From an uncultured bacterium (GTDB lineage Bacteria; Hydrothermota; Tepidihabitantia; Tepidihabitantales; DTDR01), in NCBI GenBank assembly GCA_938040315.1, contig CALHQW010000004.1, positions 32,700 to 96,699 on the forward strand: a DNA stretch of 64,000 nt. Direction: 5' to 3'. Positions 20,793 to 30,371 of the stretch are shown one piece after another. Within the stretch, counting starts at the first letter, position 1. Each line of letters opens with the position of its first letter. A program made the translations under genes and the position numbers. The notes under the pieces were generated by a model, which searched no databases, was not told the origin of the DNA, and was given only the letters and a program-made list of their open reading frames with translations.

Positions 20793-21425
20793 ATGACAGG
20801 CATTTTAATAACTTTTGAGGGAATTGAAAAATGTGGAAAGACAACGCAGGCAAAATTACTTTATGAATATCTAAAGGAAAAAGGAATTCCTTGTATATTG
20901 GTTCATGAGCCGGGAGGAACAAAAATTGGTGAGGAAATCAGAAAAATTCTTCTTGATAAAGAAAACACCAAAATGACTCCTAAAACTGAACTTTTTTTAT
21001 ATTTAGCTGCCCGTGCTCAATTATTAACTGAGGTCATTTTCCCTTCTCTTCAAGAAGGAAAAATAATAATTTGTGATCGATTTAGTGATTCTACTTTGGC
21101 CTATCAAGGCGGCGGAAGAAATTTAGAGTTAGAAAAAATAAATCAAATTAATAAATATGCTACTGATAAATTAAAGCCAAACCTTACTATTCTTATTGAT
21201 ATACCTGTTTCAATAAGTCAAGAAAGAATAAAAAAAGAAAAAAAAGATCGTTTAGAAAAAGAAAATGAAGAATTTCATAAAAGAGTAAGAGATACATATC
21301 TTTTTTTAGCAAAACGGGCACCAAAAAGAATAAAAATTTTTGAAGGAAACAAAAGTATCGAAGATTTACATTTGGAAATCAGAACAAAAGTAATACAATT
21401 TTTAACCCAAAAAGGAGTGATATGA
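20793..21425 (+). CDS. tmk: Thymidylate kinase
   Basis: FEGIEKCGKTTQ, EPGGT, DRFSDSTLAYQG. Confidence 0.93.
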   Translation: MTGILITFEGIEKCGKTTQAKLLYEYLKEKGIPCILVHEPGGTKIGEEIRKILLDKENTKMTPKTELFLYLAARAQLLTEVIFPSLQEGKIIICDRFSDSTLAYQGGGRNLELEKINQINKYATDKLKPNLTILIDIPVSISQERIKKEKKDRLEKENEEFHKRVRDTYLFLAKRAPKRIKIFEGNKSIEDLHLEIRTKVIQFLTQKGVI

Positions 21426-22957
21426 ATAAAAATAAGAAAATTTTCATTATTTTAGTTATTTCTATTATTGCTTTAATATTTTCTTATTTAGGAACAAATC
21501 TGTGGGCACAAAAACAAAATGTTTTTCAATCTCTCCAAACTTTTTCTAAAATTCTTGATATTATCCTTAAAGATTATGTAGAGGAAACAAATGCGGAAGA
21601 TTTAATAAAATCAGCCATTGACGGAATGTTAAATTCTTTAGACCCTTATACACAATATTTAACGGAAGAAGAATATAAAGATTTAAGAATTAAAACAGAA
21701 GCCCAATTTGGCGGAATTGGAATTCAAATTGGTATTCAAGAAAATCAATTAACAGTAATTTCTCCCATTGAGGGAACCCCTGCTTATCGGGCGGGAATAA
21801 TTGCTGGAGATAAAATAATTAAGATTGATGATGTTTCCACTGAAGGGATTTCTTTAGAAGAGGCAGTAAAAAAATTAAGAGGTGAACCAGGAACTACCGT
21901 CAAGGTGACGATAAAAAGAGAAGGTGTAGAAGAAGAAATTAATTTTATTTTGACACGAGAAATTATTAAAATTCATGCAATTCCATACGCTGGAAAGATA
22001 AACGAAGAAATTGGTTATATCCGTTTAGCCGATTTTTCTAGTTTAGCAGAAGAAGAATTGAAAAACACTTTGGAATCTCTTTTTGGTAAAGAGAAAATAA
22101 AAAAATTAATTTTGGATTTAAGATCAAACTCTGGCGGTCTATTACAAGAAGGAGTTGGTGTCGGGAGTTTGTTTTTAGAAAAAAATAATCTGGTGGTAAA
22201 AGTAAAAGGAAGAAATCCGGAAAGTGAAAGAGATTTTTATGTGTGGGAAGAACCTAAATACAAAAACTACCCAATGATTGTCCTTGTTGACCGAGGAAGT
22301 GCTTCGGCTGCAGAAATTGTTGCTGGTGCTTTACAGGATTATGAACGAGCATTGATTATTGGTGAAACTACCTTTGGAAAAGGCTCTGTCCAAAATATTC
22401 GTCCCTTAGATAATAATACCGCCCTTAAAATTACTACTGCTTATTGGTATACTCCCAGTGGTCGTTGTATTCATAAAAGAATAAAAAAAGATTCTTTACA
22501 ACAAAGTGAAATTAAAAAAATTTATCGAACATTAGGTAAAATAAAAAGAGAAATTTATGGTGGCGGAGGAATTGCTCCAGATATTTATTTACCTTATACA
22601 ACCCTTTCTAAATTAACAACTAAATTACGCCAAGAAAATATTTTCTTTAAATTCGCTGTAAAGTATCATTCTGAAAATAAAGGATTAAAATTACCAATTG
22701 TCGTCACCAAGGATCTTATTCAAAAAGAATTTATACCTTATTTAAAAGCAAAGAAGATTGAATTTGAAGAAGAAGAAATATGGAAAAATGAAGAAGAGAT
22801 AAAAAGAGAGTTATCTATTGAGATTGCTGAGAAGTTTGGTGGGATCAAAGCAAGATATGAAACGCTTCTTAAATTTGATCCTCATGTAAAAAAAGCTTTT
22901 GAATTGTTGAAAAAAGCTTCTTCCCAAGAAGAACTTTTTAAAATTGCTTTAAAATAA
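21422..22957 (+). CDS. ctpA: C-terminal processing peptidase (S41) with PDZ domain
   Basis: LDPYT, FGGIG, DLRSNSGG, SASAAEI, TFGKGSVQ, WYTPSGR. Confidence 0.92.
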   Translation: MNKNKKIFIILVISIIALIFSYLGTNLWAQKQNVFQSLQTFSKILDIILKDYVEETNAEDLIKSAIDGMLNSLDPYTQYLTEEEYKDLRIKTEAQFGGIGIQIGIQENQLTVISPIEGTPAYRAGIIAGDKIIKIDDVSTEGISLEEAVKKLRGEPGTTVKVTIKREGVEEEINFILTREIIKIHAIPYAGKINEEIGYIRLADFSSLAEEELKNTLESLFGKEKIKKLILDLRSNSGGLLQEGVGVGSLFLEKNNLVVKVKGRNPESERDFYVWEEPKYKNYPMIVLVDRGSASAAEIVAGALQDYERALIIGETTFGKGSVQNIRPLDNNTALKITTAYWYTPSGRCIHKRIKKDSLQQSEIKKIYRTLGKIKREIYGGGGIAPDIYLPYTTLSKLTTKLRQENIFFKFAVKYHSENKGLKLPIVVTKDLIQKEFIPYLKAKKIEFEEEEIWKNEEEIKRELSIEIAEKFGGIKARYETLLKFDPHVKKAFELLKKASSQEELFKIALK

Positions 22958-24319
22958 ATAATTTTTTTTAACATAATTTATAGCATCTTCTTTATTTTTA
23001 ATTTTGCCTTCTAAATATAAATTTTCGATTTCTTGAAGAATTTTTTTAAAAATGGGACCTGGCTTTAATCCTAAATCAATTAGGTCATATCCATTAATTA
23101 ATCTTACTTTCTTTTTTTCCTCTTCTTCTTTTCTTTTTAACTCAATCATCCTTTTTATTACCTTTTCTAAATGCTTGGTATAACCAGCGGTAGCGTAACC
23201 ATCAGCATAAGTTAGAATCATTAGCCCAAAAGCATAATTTTTTAAATCATGAAAAAATCTTCTTATTGCCCGGTCAGTTAAAACTGGTGCGGAAGCTAAA
23301 AGATGAAGACGCATATGATAAAATATCAATTTGGTAATGTGGTGAATATCTTCGTTGGAGAATTTTAGATCCTTTAAAATTTTTTTTATAATTTTTGAAC
23401 CAACTGTTTCGTGACCATAAAAATGTATTTCACCATTTTCACTATTTTTCATTGTTAATGGTTTAGCCACATCGTGAAAAAAACCCGCCAATTTTAAAAC
23501 TTCTTTACTATGAGGTATTGAAAAATACTCTTCCCATTCTTTTTGAAACTGCCCAAAAAATTCTTTAGTATTGATAATTTCTTCAATTTTTTTATAAGTT
23601 TTTAAAGAATGGGTTACTAAATATTTTTCTTCAAAAAAGGAAAAATCCACAGGAAAAATTTGAGCCAAAAGTTTTATATCATAAAGTTTTTTAATATAAA
23701 AATAACTTTTATTCGTTGCTAAAATTCGTAAAAATTCATAACTTATTCTTTCTTTTGCTATGTTGACCAGTGAGATTTCTTTACCAATTTCAAAGATTTT
23801 TTTATCAATTTTAAAACCCAATTCACAAGCAAATCTTATTGCTCTCAATATTCTTAAGGGGTCCTGATGAAGAACCAAATTATTGGTTAAACGAATTTTT
23901 TTATTTTTTAAATCTTTTATTCCGTTAAAAGGGTCGATTAATTTCTTTTCTTTGAAAGAAAAAGCAATCGCATTTATAGTAAAATCTCTTTCTGATAAAT
24001 CATCAATAATTGTTTTTTGGTTAAGACCTTTAAAATCAAAAATGGTTTTATAAGCCACAACTCTTGCTTCATCATCTTTTTCTGATAAAATAATAAATTT
24101 GCCTTTTATTTTTTCTCCAAAAATTTTTGCTCCTCTTATTCCACTATTATTCACCACAAAATCAAAATCAAGAGGTTCCTTATTTAAAATAATATCTCGA
24201 ATAGTTCCGCCTACTAAATAAAAATCACTTTTTTTATAAATTTGGAAAAGAATTTTTACTCCTTTACTTAAAATTGGCTGTTTTTTTATATAGTCAATTA
24301 TTTTTTTAAGTTCTTCCAT
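22949..24319 (-). CDS. cca: Class II tRNA nucleotidyltransferase with HD domain (probably CC-adding)
   Basis: VGGTIRD..DFDF, RDFTINA, DPLRILRAIRF, ERI, HDVAKP, GHE; the loop before RDFT is short. Confidence 0.85.
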   Translation of the reverse strand: MEELKKIIDYIKKQPILSKGVKILFQIYKKSDFYLVGGTIRDIILNKEPLDFDFVVNNSGIRGAKIFGEKIKGKFIILSEKDDEARVVAYKTIFDFKGLNQKTIIDDLSERDFTINAIAFSFKEKKLIDPFNGIKDLKNKKIRLTNNLVLHQDPLRILRAIRFACELGFKIDKKIFEIGKEISLVNIAKERISYEFLRILATNKSYFYIKKLYDIKLLAQIFPVDFSFFEEKYLVTHSLKTYKKIEEIINTKEFFGQFQKEWEEYFSIPHSKEVLKLAGFFHDVAKPLTMKNSENGEIHFYGHETVGSKIIKKILKDLKFSNEDIHHITKLIFYHMRLHLLASAPVLTDRAIRRFFHDLKNYAFGLMILTYADGYATAGYTKHLEKVIKRMIELKRKEEEEKKKVRLINGYDLIDLGLKPGPIFKKILQEIENLYLEGKIKNKEDAINYVKKNYLF

Positions 24320-25613
24320 ACCAATAAATTAAAGGCGGTAATTTAGGTTTTTTTTCTTTTATTAAAATTACCTCTTTTAATTTTTCTTTCACTTCCTTTA
24401 ATTTTACTTTGTCATTTGCATGAATTTCTAATAGTGGCTCCCCCTTTTTTACCTTTTCACCAAGTTTTTTAATAAAAATAAAACCAACAGAATAATCAAC
24501 TTCGTCTTCCCTTTTTGTTCGTCCACCTCCTAAAAAATTACAAAGAAATCCGATTTTTTTGGTATTAATAAAAAAAATATAACCTTTTTGAGGAGCAAAA
24601 TAATATTCTTGATACTTTGCTTTTGGTAATATGTTATAATTTTCAATTATTGCTTCTTCTCCACCCTGAGTTCTTATCGTTTCTTGAAATTTCCTTAAGC
24701 CCCTTCCTTCATTAATTACTTTATTAATTAACTCCTCTGCCCTTTTTTTACTTTTTATAAATTTAGTTCTTAAAAGAATTTCTTTTCCAAAGGTAAAAAC
24801 AATTTCTTTTAAATCTCTTGGTTGTTTTCCTTTTAAAAATTCAATTGCTTCTATAACCTCTAAACTATTTCCCACTGCTTTACCCAATGGTTGGTTCATA
24901 TCGGTAATAAAAACGCTCATTTTCTTTTTTATTAACTTTCCAATTTTTATTATCGTTTTAGCGAACTTTTTGGCTTCAGTAAATTTTTCTAAAAAGGCTC
25001 CGTTTCCGGTTTTTATGTCCAATAATAAAAAGTTTATCCCTTCTGCTAATTTTTTACTCATAATACTAGTAGCAATAAGGGGAATTGACTCAATAGTAGA
25101 TGTGGCGTCTCGAAGAGAATATAAATATCTGTCAGCAGGAACAAGTTCTTCGGTTTGTTCCGCAATAAAAAACCCAATATTTTTTATTGCTTCTTTACAT
25201 TGTTGATAAGTAAGATCCGTTCTAAAATTTGGTATAGAAGCTAACTTATCAATTGTACCACCGGTATGACCTAAGGCTCTACCGGCAATCATTGGAATTT
25301 TAAATCCTAAAGCTGCTAAAATTGGAGTTAAAATTAAAGAAACTTTATCACCTACTCCACCCGTAGAATGTTTATCAATCACATACTTTCCTTTAAATTT
25401 AAAAATTTTACCGGATTTCATCATTGCTAAAGTTAAATTGACAATCTCTTCAAAATTCAAACCTTGAAAATAGATCGCCATTAAGAAAGCAGCAATTTGA
25501 TAATCAGGAATTTTTTTATTTATTAAACCTTTGATGAAAAACTCAATTTCTTTTTTAGTTAATCCTTCGCCATCCCTTTTTTTTCTGATTAAAGAAAGAA
25601 AATCAATTTTCAT
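24306..25613 (-). CDS. pdp: Pyrimidine-nucleoside/thymidine phosphorylase
   Basis: DKHSTGGVGDK, GRALGHTGGTIDKL, SIMSKK, DIKTGNGAF. Confidence 0.93.
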   Translation of the reverse strand: MKIDFLSLIRKKRDGEGLTKKEIEFFIKGLINKKIPDYQIAAFLMAIYFQGLNFEEIVNLTLAMMKSGKIFKFKGKYVIDKHSTGGVGDKVSLILTPILAALGFKIPMIAGRALGHTGGTIDKLASIPNFRTDLTYQQCKEAIKNIGFFIAEQTEELVPADRYLYSLRDATSTIESIPLIATSIMSKKLAEGINFLLLDIKTGNGAFLEKFTEAKKFAKTIIKIGKLIKKKMSVFITDMNQPLGKAVGNSLEVIEAIEFLKGKQPRDLKEIVFTFGKEILLRTKFIKSKKRAEELINKVINEGRGLRKFQETIRTQGGEEAIIENYNILPKAKYQEYYFAPQKGYIFFINTKKIGFLCNFLGGGRTKREDEVDYSVGFIFIKKLGEKVKKGEPLLEIHANDKVKLKEVKEKLKEVILIKEKKPKLPPLIYWYGRT

Positions 25614-25689
25614 TTTTATATTATAATTTAAGACCTATATTTTTTCAAATTTTGACATTTGGCAAATTTTTATTATGATTAATAAAATA

Positions 25690-26145
25690 ATGAAAAAAAA
25701 TAAAATATCTAAGAAACGATTGGAAAAAGGGCCGGTAGCAATTATTGAATGTCCAGAGAAAATACCATGCAATCCCTGTGTGAAAGCCTGCCCGAAAGAA
25801 GCAATTATTATTGAGGATTCTTTAATTGAAACTCCAAAAATTGATTACAAAAAATGTGTTGGCTGTTTTTTATGTATTCCTAAGTGTCCGGGATTAGCAA
25901 TTTTTGGGGTTTACTATAACTACACCAAAAATGAAAGTTTACTTTTTATACCTTATGAATTTTTGCCAAGACCAAAAAAAGGAGACATCCTCTGGGGACT
26001 TGACTGTAATGGTAAAAAAATCAGCAAGGTAATTGTTGAAAAAGTTACTGAAACTCCTAATTTTAATCATTGTGCAATTATCCAAATCAGAGTTAAAAAA
26101 AAATATTTTGATAAAATTCGGATGATTAGTTATGAAAAAAAATAA
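25690..26145 (+). CDS. 4Fe-4S ferredoxin-like subunit (proline/sarcosine dehydrogenase complex gamma-like)
   Basis: ECPEKIPCNPCVKACP, CVGCFLCIPKCPGLAIF, PYEFLP. ATG 25690 preferred because ATG 25675 overlaps the -10 box. Confidence 0.75.
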   Translation: MKKNKISKKRLEKGPVAIIECPEKIPCNPCVKACPKEAIIIEDSLIETPKIDYKKCVGCFLCIPKCPGLAIFGVYYNYTKNESLLFIPYEFLPRPKKGDILWGLDCNGKKISKVIVEKVTETPNFNHCAIIQIRVKKKYFDKIRMISYEKK

Positions 26146-26395
26146 TTTTATTATTTGTCGTTGCGAAGATATCTCTTGGCAAGATATCGATGGTTTAATT
26201 AGAAAAGGTTTTACTTTGGAAGAAATTAAAAAGTTGACACGCTGTGGAATGGGGTATTGCCAAGGAAGAACCTGTTTTAACATTCTTACTCGTTTATTAA
26301 AGATCCGTGAGCAAAATCTTATTCCTAAAAAAAGACCGCCTTTAAAACCAGTAATTATTAGAGATATTATAAAATATTTTGAAAATGAAGAATAA
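26132..26395 (+). CDS. BFD-like [2Fe-2S] small subunit
   Basis: ICRCEDI, KKLTRCGMGYCQGRTC, RPP. Confidence 0.8.
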   Translation: MKKNNFIICRCEDISWQDIDGLIRKGFTLEEIKKLTRCGMGYCQGRTCFNILTRLLKIREQNLIPKKRPPLKPVIIRDIIKYFENEE

Positions 26396-27518
26396 TTTTG
26401 ATGCAATAATTATTGGTGCCGGAGTAATTGGTGCGGCTACCGGATATTATTTGAGTCAATTAGGATTAAAAGTAGCAATTATTGAAAAAGATTATCCTAC
26501 TGCTGGTTCTACCAGTAGATGCATCGGTGGTGTTCGCCAACAATTTGCCCATCCACCGACGATCCAATTAATGATTCAATCAGTAAAGTTATTAACTGAA
26601 TATCAAAATGATTTAAAATGGGATATTGAATGGTATCAAGGTGGATACCTCTTTTTAGCCCATTCTGAAGAAAAAAAGGAAAACTATTTAAAAACAATGG
26701 CTATCCAAAAAAAATTTAATTTACCAGTAAGTTTTTTATCTCCCGAGGAATGCCAAAAAATTGTTCCGGATCTAAATTTAGAAGGACTTTTCGGTGGGGT
26801 CTTCTGTCCAACGGATGGCCAAGTTAACCCTTTTAAATTAACTTTTAATTATTTAGAAGAAATAAAAAAGAAAAAGGGTAAACTTTTTAATTTCCAAAAG
26901 GTTATTAAGATCGAAATTAAAAATTCAAAAGTAATTGGTTTGAGGACCAATAAAAATGAATATTTTTCTTCACCAATAATTATTAATTGTGCTGGACCTT
27001 ATGCTAGAGAAGTTGGAAAGTTAGTAAATTTGAACATCCCTATAGAACCAGAGAGACACGAAGCAATTGTTACTGAAAAAATTGATAAATTTTTTTCTTG
27101 TATGATTGTTGATTATCGAGAAGATGGGTGTTATTTTGTTCAAAAACACACTACCGGAAATATTGTTGGTTGTTATACGCCAATACCCAATATTCCTGGT
27201 TATTCTTTAGATTCCTCTTTTGAATTTTTTATTGAAATGCCCAGAAGGATGGCAAGGGTAATCCCTAAATTGAAAGAGGTAAGAATCTTACGCCAATGGG
27301 CAGGTAGTTATGAAATGACTCCTGATGGTAATCCAATTGTTGGTGAAACGCCCATTGAAGGATTCTATCTAAATTGTGGAATGTGTGGACACGGTTTAAT
27401 GTTTGCACCAGCAATCGGTAAGGCTTTGGCTTATTATATTGTAAAAAGAGAAATGATATTGCCTTTAAAGGATTTTTCTCTTTTTAGAGATTTTTCTAAA
27501 AAAGAAATAATGAAATAA
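26379..27518 (+). CDS. FAD-dependent oxidoreductase (sarcosine oxidase beta / dye-linked L-proline dehydrogenase-like)
   Basis: IIGAGVIG, GSTSRCIGGVRQQF, RQWAGSYEMTPDGNP, GHGLMFAP. Confidence 0.82.
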   Translation: MKMKNNFDAIIIGAGVIGAATGYYLSQLGLKVAIIEKDYPTAGSTSRCIGGVRQQFAHPPTIQLMIQSVKLLTEYQNDLKWDIEWYQGGYLFLAHSEEKKENYLKTMAIQKKFNLPVSFLSPEECQKIVPDLNLEGLFGGVFCPTDGQVNPFKLTFNYLEEIKKKKGKLFNFQKVIKIEIKNSKVIGLRTNKNEYFSSPIIINCAGPYAREVGKLVNLNIPIEPERHEAIVTEKIDKFFSCMIVDYREDGCYFVQKHTTGNIVGCYTPIPNIPGYSLDSSFEFFIEMPRRMARVIPKLKEVRILRQWAGSYEMTPDGNPIVGETPIEGFYLNCGMCGHGLMFAPAIGKALAYYIVKREMILPLKDFSLFRDFSKKEIMK

Positions 27519-27566
27519 AATATTGATTTTTATGAGAAAATATTTAATATTTAAAAAAGGAAAAAA

Positions 27567-27854
27567 ATGCCTTATTATATTTTATTAACAAAATTAACTG
27601 ATGAGGGAAGAAAAACTTTAAAAGATTATCCTCAGAGATTAAAAGAGGTAAATGAAGAAGTAGAAGAGATGGGTACAAAGATTATTGCTCAGTACGCAAT
27701 TCTTGGCGATTACGATTTTATTAATATTTTGAAGGCACCGGATAACGAAACAATCGCCAAAATTTCTACTGAACTTGGTTCAAGAGGAACAATCCAAATA
27801 ACTGCTTATGTGGCAATCCCTATTGATGATTTTTTAAAGGCAATTAAAAAATAA
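27567..27854 (+). CDS. GYD-domain protein
   Basis: KLTDEG, YAILGDYDF, APD; 95-aa family pattern. Confidence 0.8.
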   Translation: MPYYILLTKLTDEGRKTLKDYPQRLKEVNEEVEEMGTKIIAQYAILGDYDFINILKAPDNETIAKISTELGSRGTIQITAYVAIPIDDFLKAIKK

Positions 27855-27934
27855 AGAATTCTTATTCCTATACACTCTTTCTAACTAAGGGTTATTGAAA
27901 ATTAAAATTCTAAGAAATTTTTGATTTTTTATTA

Positions 27935-29242
27935 ATGGAAGAAATAAATAAAGCAAGAGAATTATTAAAAGGTATAAAAGATGGTAAAATTGATGAGATT
28001 CTTAAAAATATTAATTATTCTGATATACCGATTTTAGAAAAAGTTGGCATTCTTCTTAACATTTATTCTGATCCCCATTATGCCAAAAAAATATTTGAAA
28101 AAATTCTTGATTTAGATCCTGAAAATCTTTCGGCAAAATATTCATTAGGCTTTGCCTATTTGCGGTTAGAAAATTGGGATAAAGCCCTTTTTTATTTTCA
28201 AGAAGTTCTAAAAGAAGACCCCACAAATAGTTCTTGTTGGCAGGAATTAGGAATAATTCAAATGAAAAAGAGAGAATATGAAAAAGCAATTGAATCTTTT
28301 AGCAAAGCAATTGAATATTCTCCTTTTGATGGCCTTCCCTATTTTCTATTAGCCCAGGTTTTGTCACAATTACAAAATTATGAAGAGGCTTTAAAATATG
28401 TTAATAAAGCAATTGAATTGAGGCCAAAAGATGTAAAAATCCTTAAAGAAAAAGTAAATATTTTAATTAATTTACAAAAATATGAAGAAGCCCTTTCTAT
28501 TTCACAAGAAATAATCGAAGAAAATCCCAATGATATTGAAACTCTCTTAAATATTAGTTTTATCTTTTGTCAATTTAAAAAATATGATTTAGCATTAAAA
28601 TTAGTTAACCAAGCAGTAAAATTAGCACCAAATGATTCAAAAGTATTAGTAACAAAAGGTTATATCTTAGGTAAATTGGGAAGAATAAAAGAGGAGTTAA
28701 GATATTATGAAAGAGCAACGATCCTAAATCCCAATGATTGGCAAGCCCATTTTAATCAAGGTGTTTTATATTATGAACTTCAAGAAAAAAAGAAGGCATT
28801 AGAATCATTTGAAAAGGCATTAAAATTAAATCCTAATTCTTCGGAAATTCATCATAATATAGGAATTTTATATTTGGAAAAAAAAGAAGGAGAAAAGGCA
28901 TATTACCATTTATTAAAAGCTGTTCAACTAAATCCAAAAATTGGAAATTATTGGTACTCCTTAGGATTATTTTACTTAGAAATCGGAGATGCTAAAACCG
29001 CTTCTCAATGTTTTGATGAGGGTTTAAAATATGATATCAATTCCTATTTATTATTTTCTGGCAAAGCCTTAGCATTAAAAGAAATGAATCGTTTAGAAGA
29101 GGCATTAAGGTTTATTAATGAAGCAATTACGATTAATCCTAATAATTCTCAATTATGGTATGATAAAGGCGAAATTCTTGAAAAAATGGGAAAAAAAGAA
29201 GAGGCTCAGGAATGTTTCAAAAAGGGAAAAGAGTTAACATAA
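27935..29242 (+). CDS. Tetratricopeptide repeat protein
   Basis: About 11 tandem 34-aa repeats (e.g. AHFNQGVLYYELQEKKKALESFEKALKLNP). Confidence 0.9.
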   Translation: MEEINKARELLKGIKDGKIDEILKNINYSDIPILEKVGILLNIYSDPHYAKKIFEKILDLDPENLSAKYSLGFAYLRLENWDKALFYFQEVLKEDPTNSSCWQELGIIQMKKREYEKAIESFSKAIEYSPFDGLPYFLLAQVLSQLQNYEEALKYVNKAIELRPKDVKILKEKVNILINLQKYEEALSISQEIIEENPNDIETLLNISFIFCQFKKYDLALKLVNQAVKLAPNDSKVLVTKGYILGKLGRIKEELRYYERATILNPNDWQAHFNQGVLYYELQEKKKALESFEKALKLNPNSSEIHHNIGILYLEKKEGEKAYYHLLKAVQLNPKIGNYWYSLGLFYLEIGDAKTASQCFDEGLKYDINSYLLFSGKALALKEMNRLEEALRFINEAITINPNNSQLWYDKGEILEKMGKKEEAQECFKKGKELT

Positions 29243-29257
29243 TCTCTTTATATGTCA

Positions 29258-29911
29258 TTATATTTCGTAATATTTTCTTTTTCTTTTTCTAAAAAACAGA
29301 CCAATTATTAAACCAATTAAAAACCCACCAATATGAGCTGACCAAGCAACACCAGGAATTCCCATTGAACTATATAATAGTTGTAATAAGATCCAGAGAC
29401 CAAGGAAAAGAAAAGCAGGAACCAAAGCAATTCTTATAAATAAGCCAATTGGTATTAATGTTAATATCTGGGCATTAGGGAATAGAATTAAATAGGCACC
29501 AAGAATACCCGAGATTGCTCCAGAAGCACCAATCATTGGAACTTCTGAATGTAGGTTTCTTAAAATATGAAGAAATGAACCTGCTAAACCGCTTAAAAAA
29601 TACATAATAAAAAACCAAAAATGTCCCAATACATCTTCTACATTATCGCCAAATACCCACAAATAAAGCATATTCCCCAAAATATGCCAAAAATTGGCAT
29701 GGAGAAACATTCCCGTAAATAAAGTAAGAAGTCTTTCACCATTAATTATAGATACCGGAATTATTCCATATTCTAAGATAAAATCTTTTAAATAATTACC
29801 TAAAGTTAACTCATAAAAAAATATTAAGAAATTAATAATTAAAAGAAGATAAACAAGAATTGGTTTTTTTAACGAAGGAATATTATCTTTTAAGGGTATC
29901 ATTTTTTTCAA
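29258..29911 (-). CDS. Rhomboid intramembrane serine protease
   Basis: MFLHANFWHILGNM, GASGAISG, AHIGGF. Confidence 0.92.
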   Translation of the reverse strand: MKKMIPLKDNIPSLKKPILVYLLLIINFLIFFYELTLGNYLKDFILEYGIIPVSIINGERLLTLFTGMFLHANFWHILGNMLYLWVFGDNVEDVLGHFWFFIMYFLSGLAGSFLHILRNLHSEVPMIGASGAISGILGAYLILFPNAQILTLIPIGLFIRIALVPAFLFLGLWILLQLLYSSMGIPGVAWSAHIGGFLIGLIIGLFFRKRKRKYYEI

Positions 29912-30371
29912 TCAATACAACAGAAAAACAACTTGCTACCTTTTTAAAGTTAAAACCCTCCCAAGTTTTTACTTTAATTCCAATATTTCTTCTTTTTACA
30001 TTTAAGATTTTTGAAATATTTTTTTTCATCTCGGAAATATAAGGCATAATCTTTGGTTTGTCAATTATAATAATCACATCAATATTTTTTATTTTATAAC
30101 CTCTCTTTTTTACTTTTTGGTAAACTTCCTTTAAAATAATTGAAGAAGAAAGTCCTTTTATCTTTTCATTGTTATCTGGAAAATAATAACCAATATCATA
30201 TTCACCAATCGAACCTAACAGAGCATCGCTTAGCGAATGAAAAAGTATATCAGCATCTGAATGACCGAATAATCCATAAGAAAAAGGAATTTCAACACCA
30301 CCAATTATTAATCTCCTTCTCCTTTTTAATGGATGGGAATCAAAACCTAAACCAATTTTTATCTCTTTCAC
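29883..30371 (-). CDS. ispF: 2-C-methyl-D-erythritol 2,4-cyclodiphosphate synthase
   Basis: IGLGFDSH, GHSDAD, DIGYYFPD. Confidence 0.9.
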   Translation of the reverse strand: MKEIKIGLGFDSHPLKRRRRLIIGGVEIPFSYGLFGHSDADILFHSLSDALLGSIGEYDIGYYFPDNNEKIKGLSSSIILKEVYQKVKKRGYKIKNIDVIIIIDKPKIMPYISEMKKNISKILNVKRRNIGIKVKTWEGFNFKKVASCFSVVLIEKNDTLKR

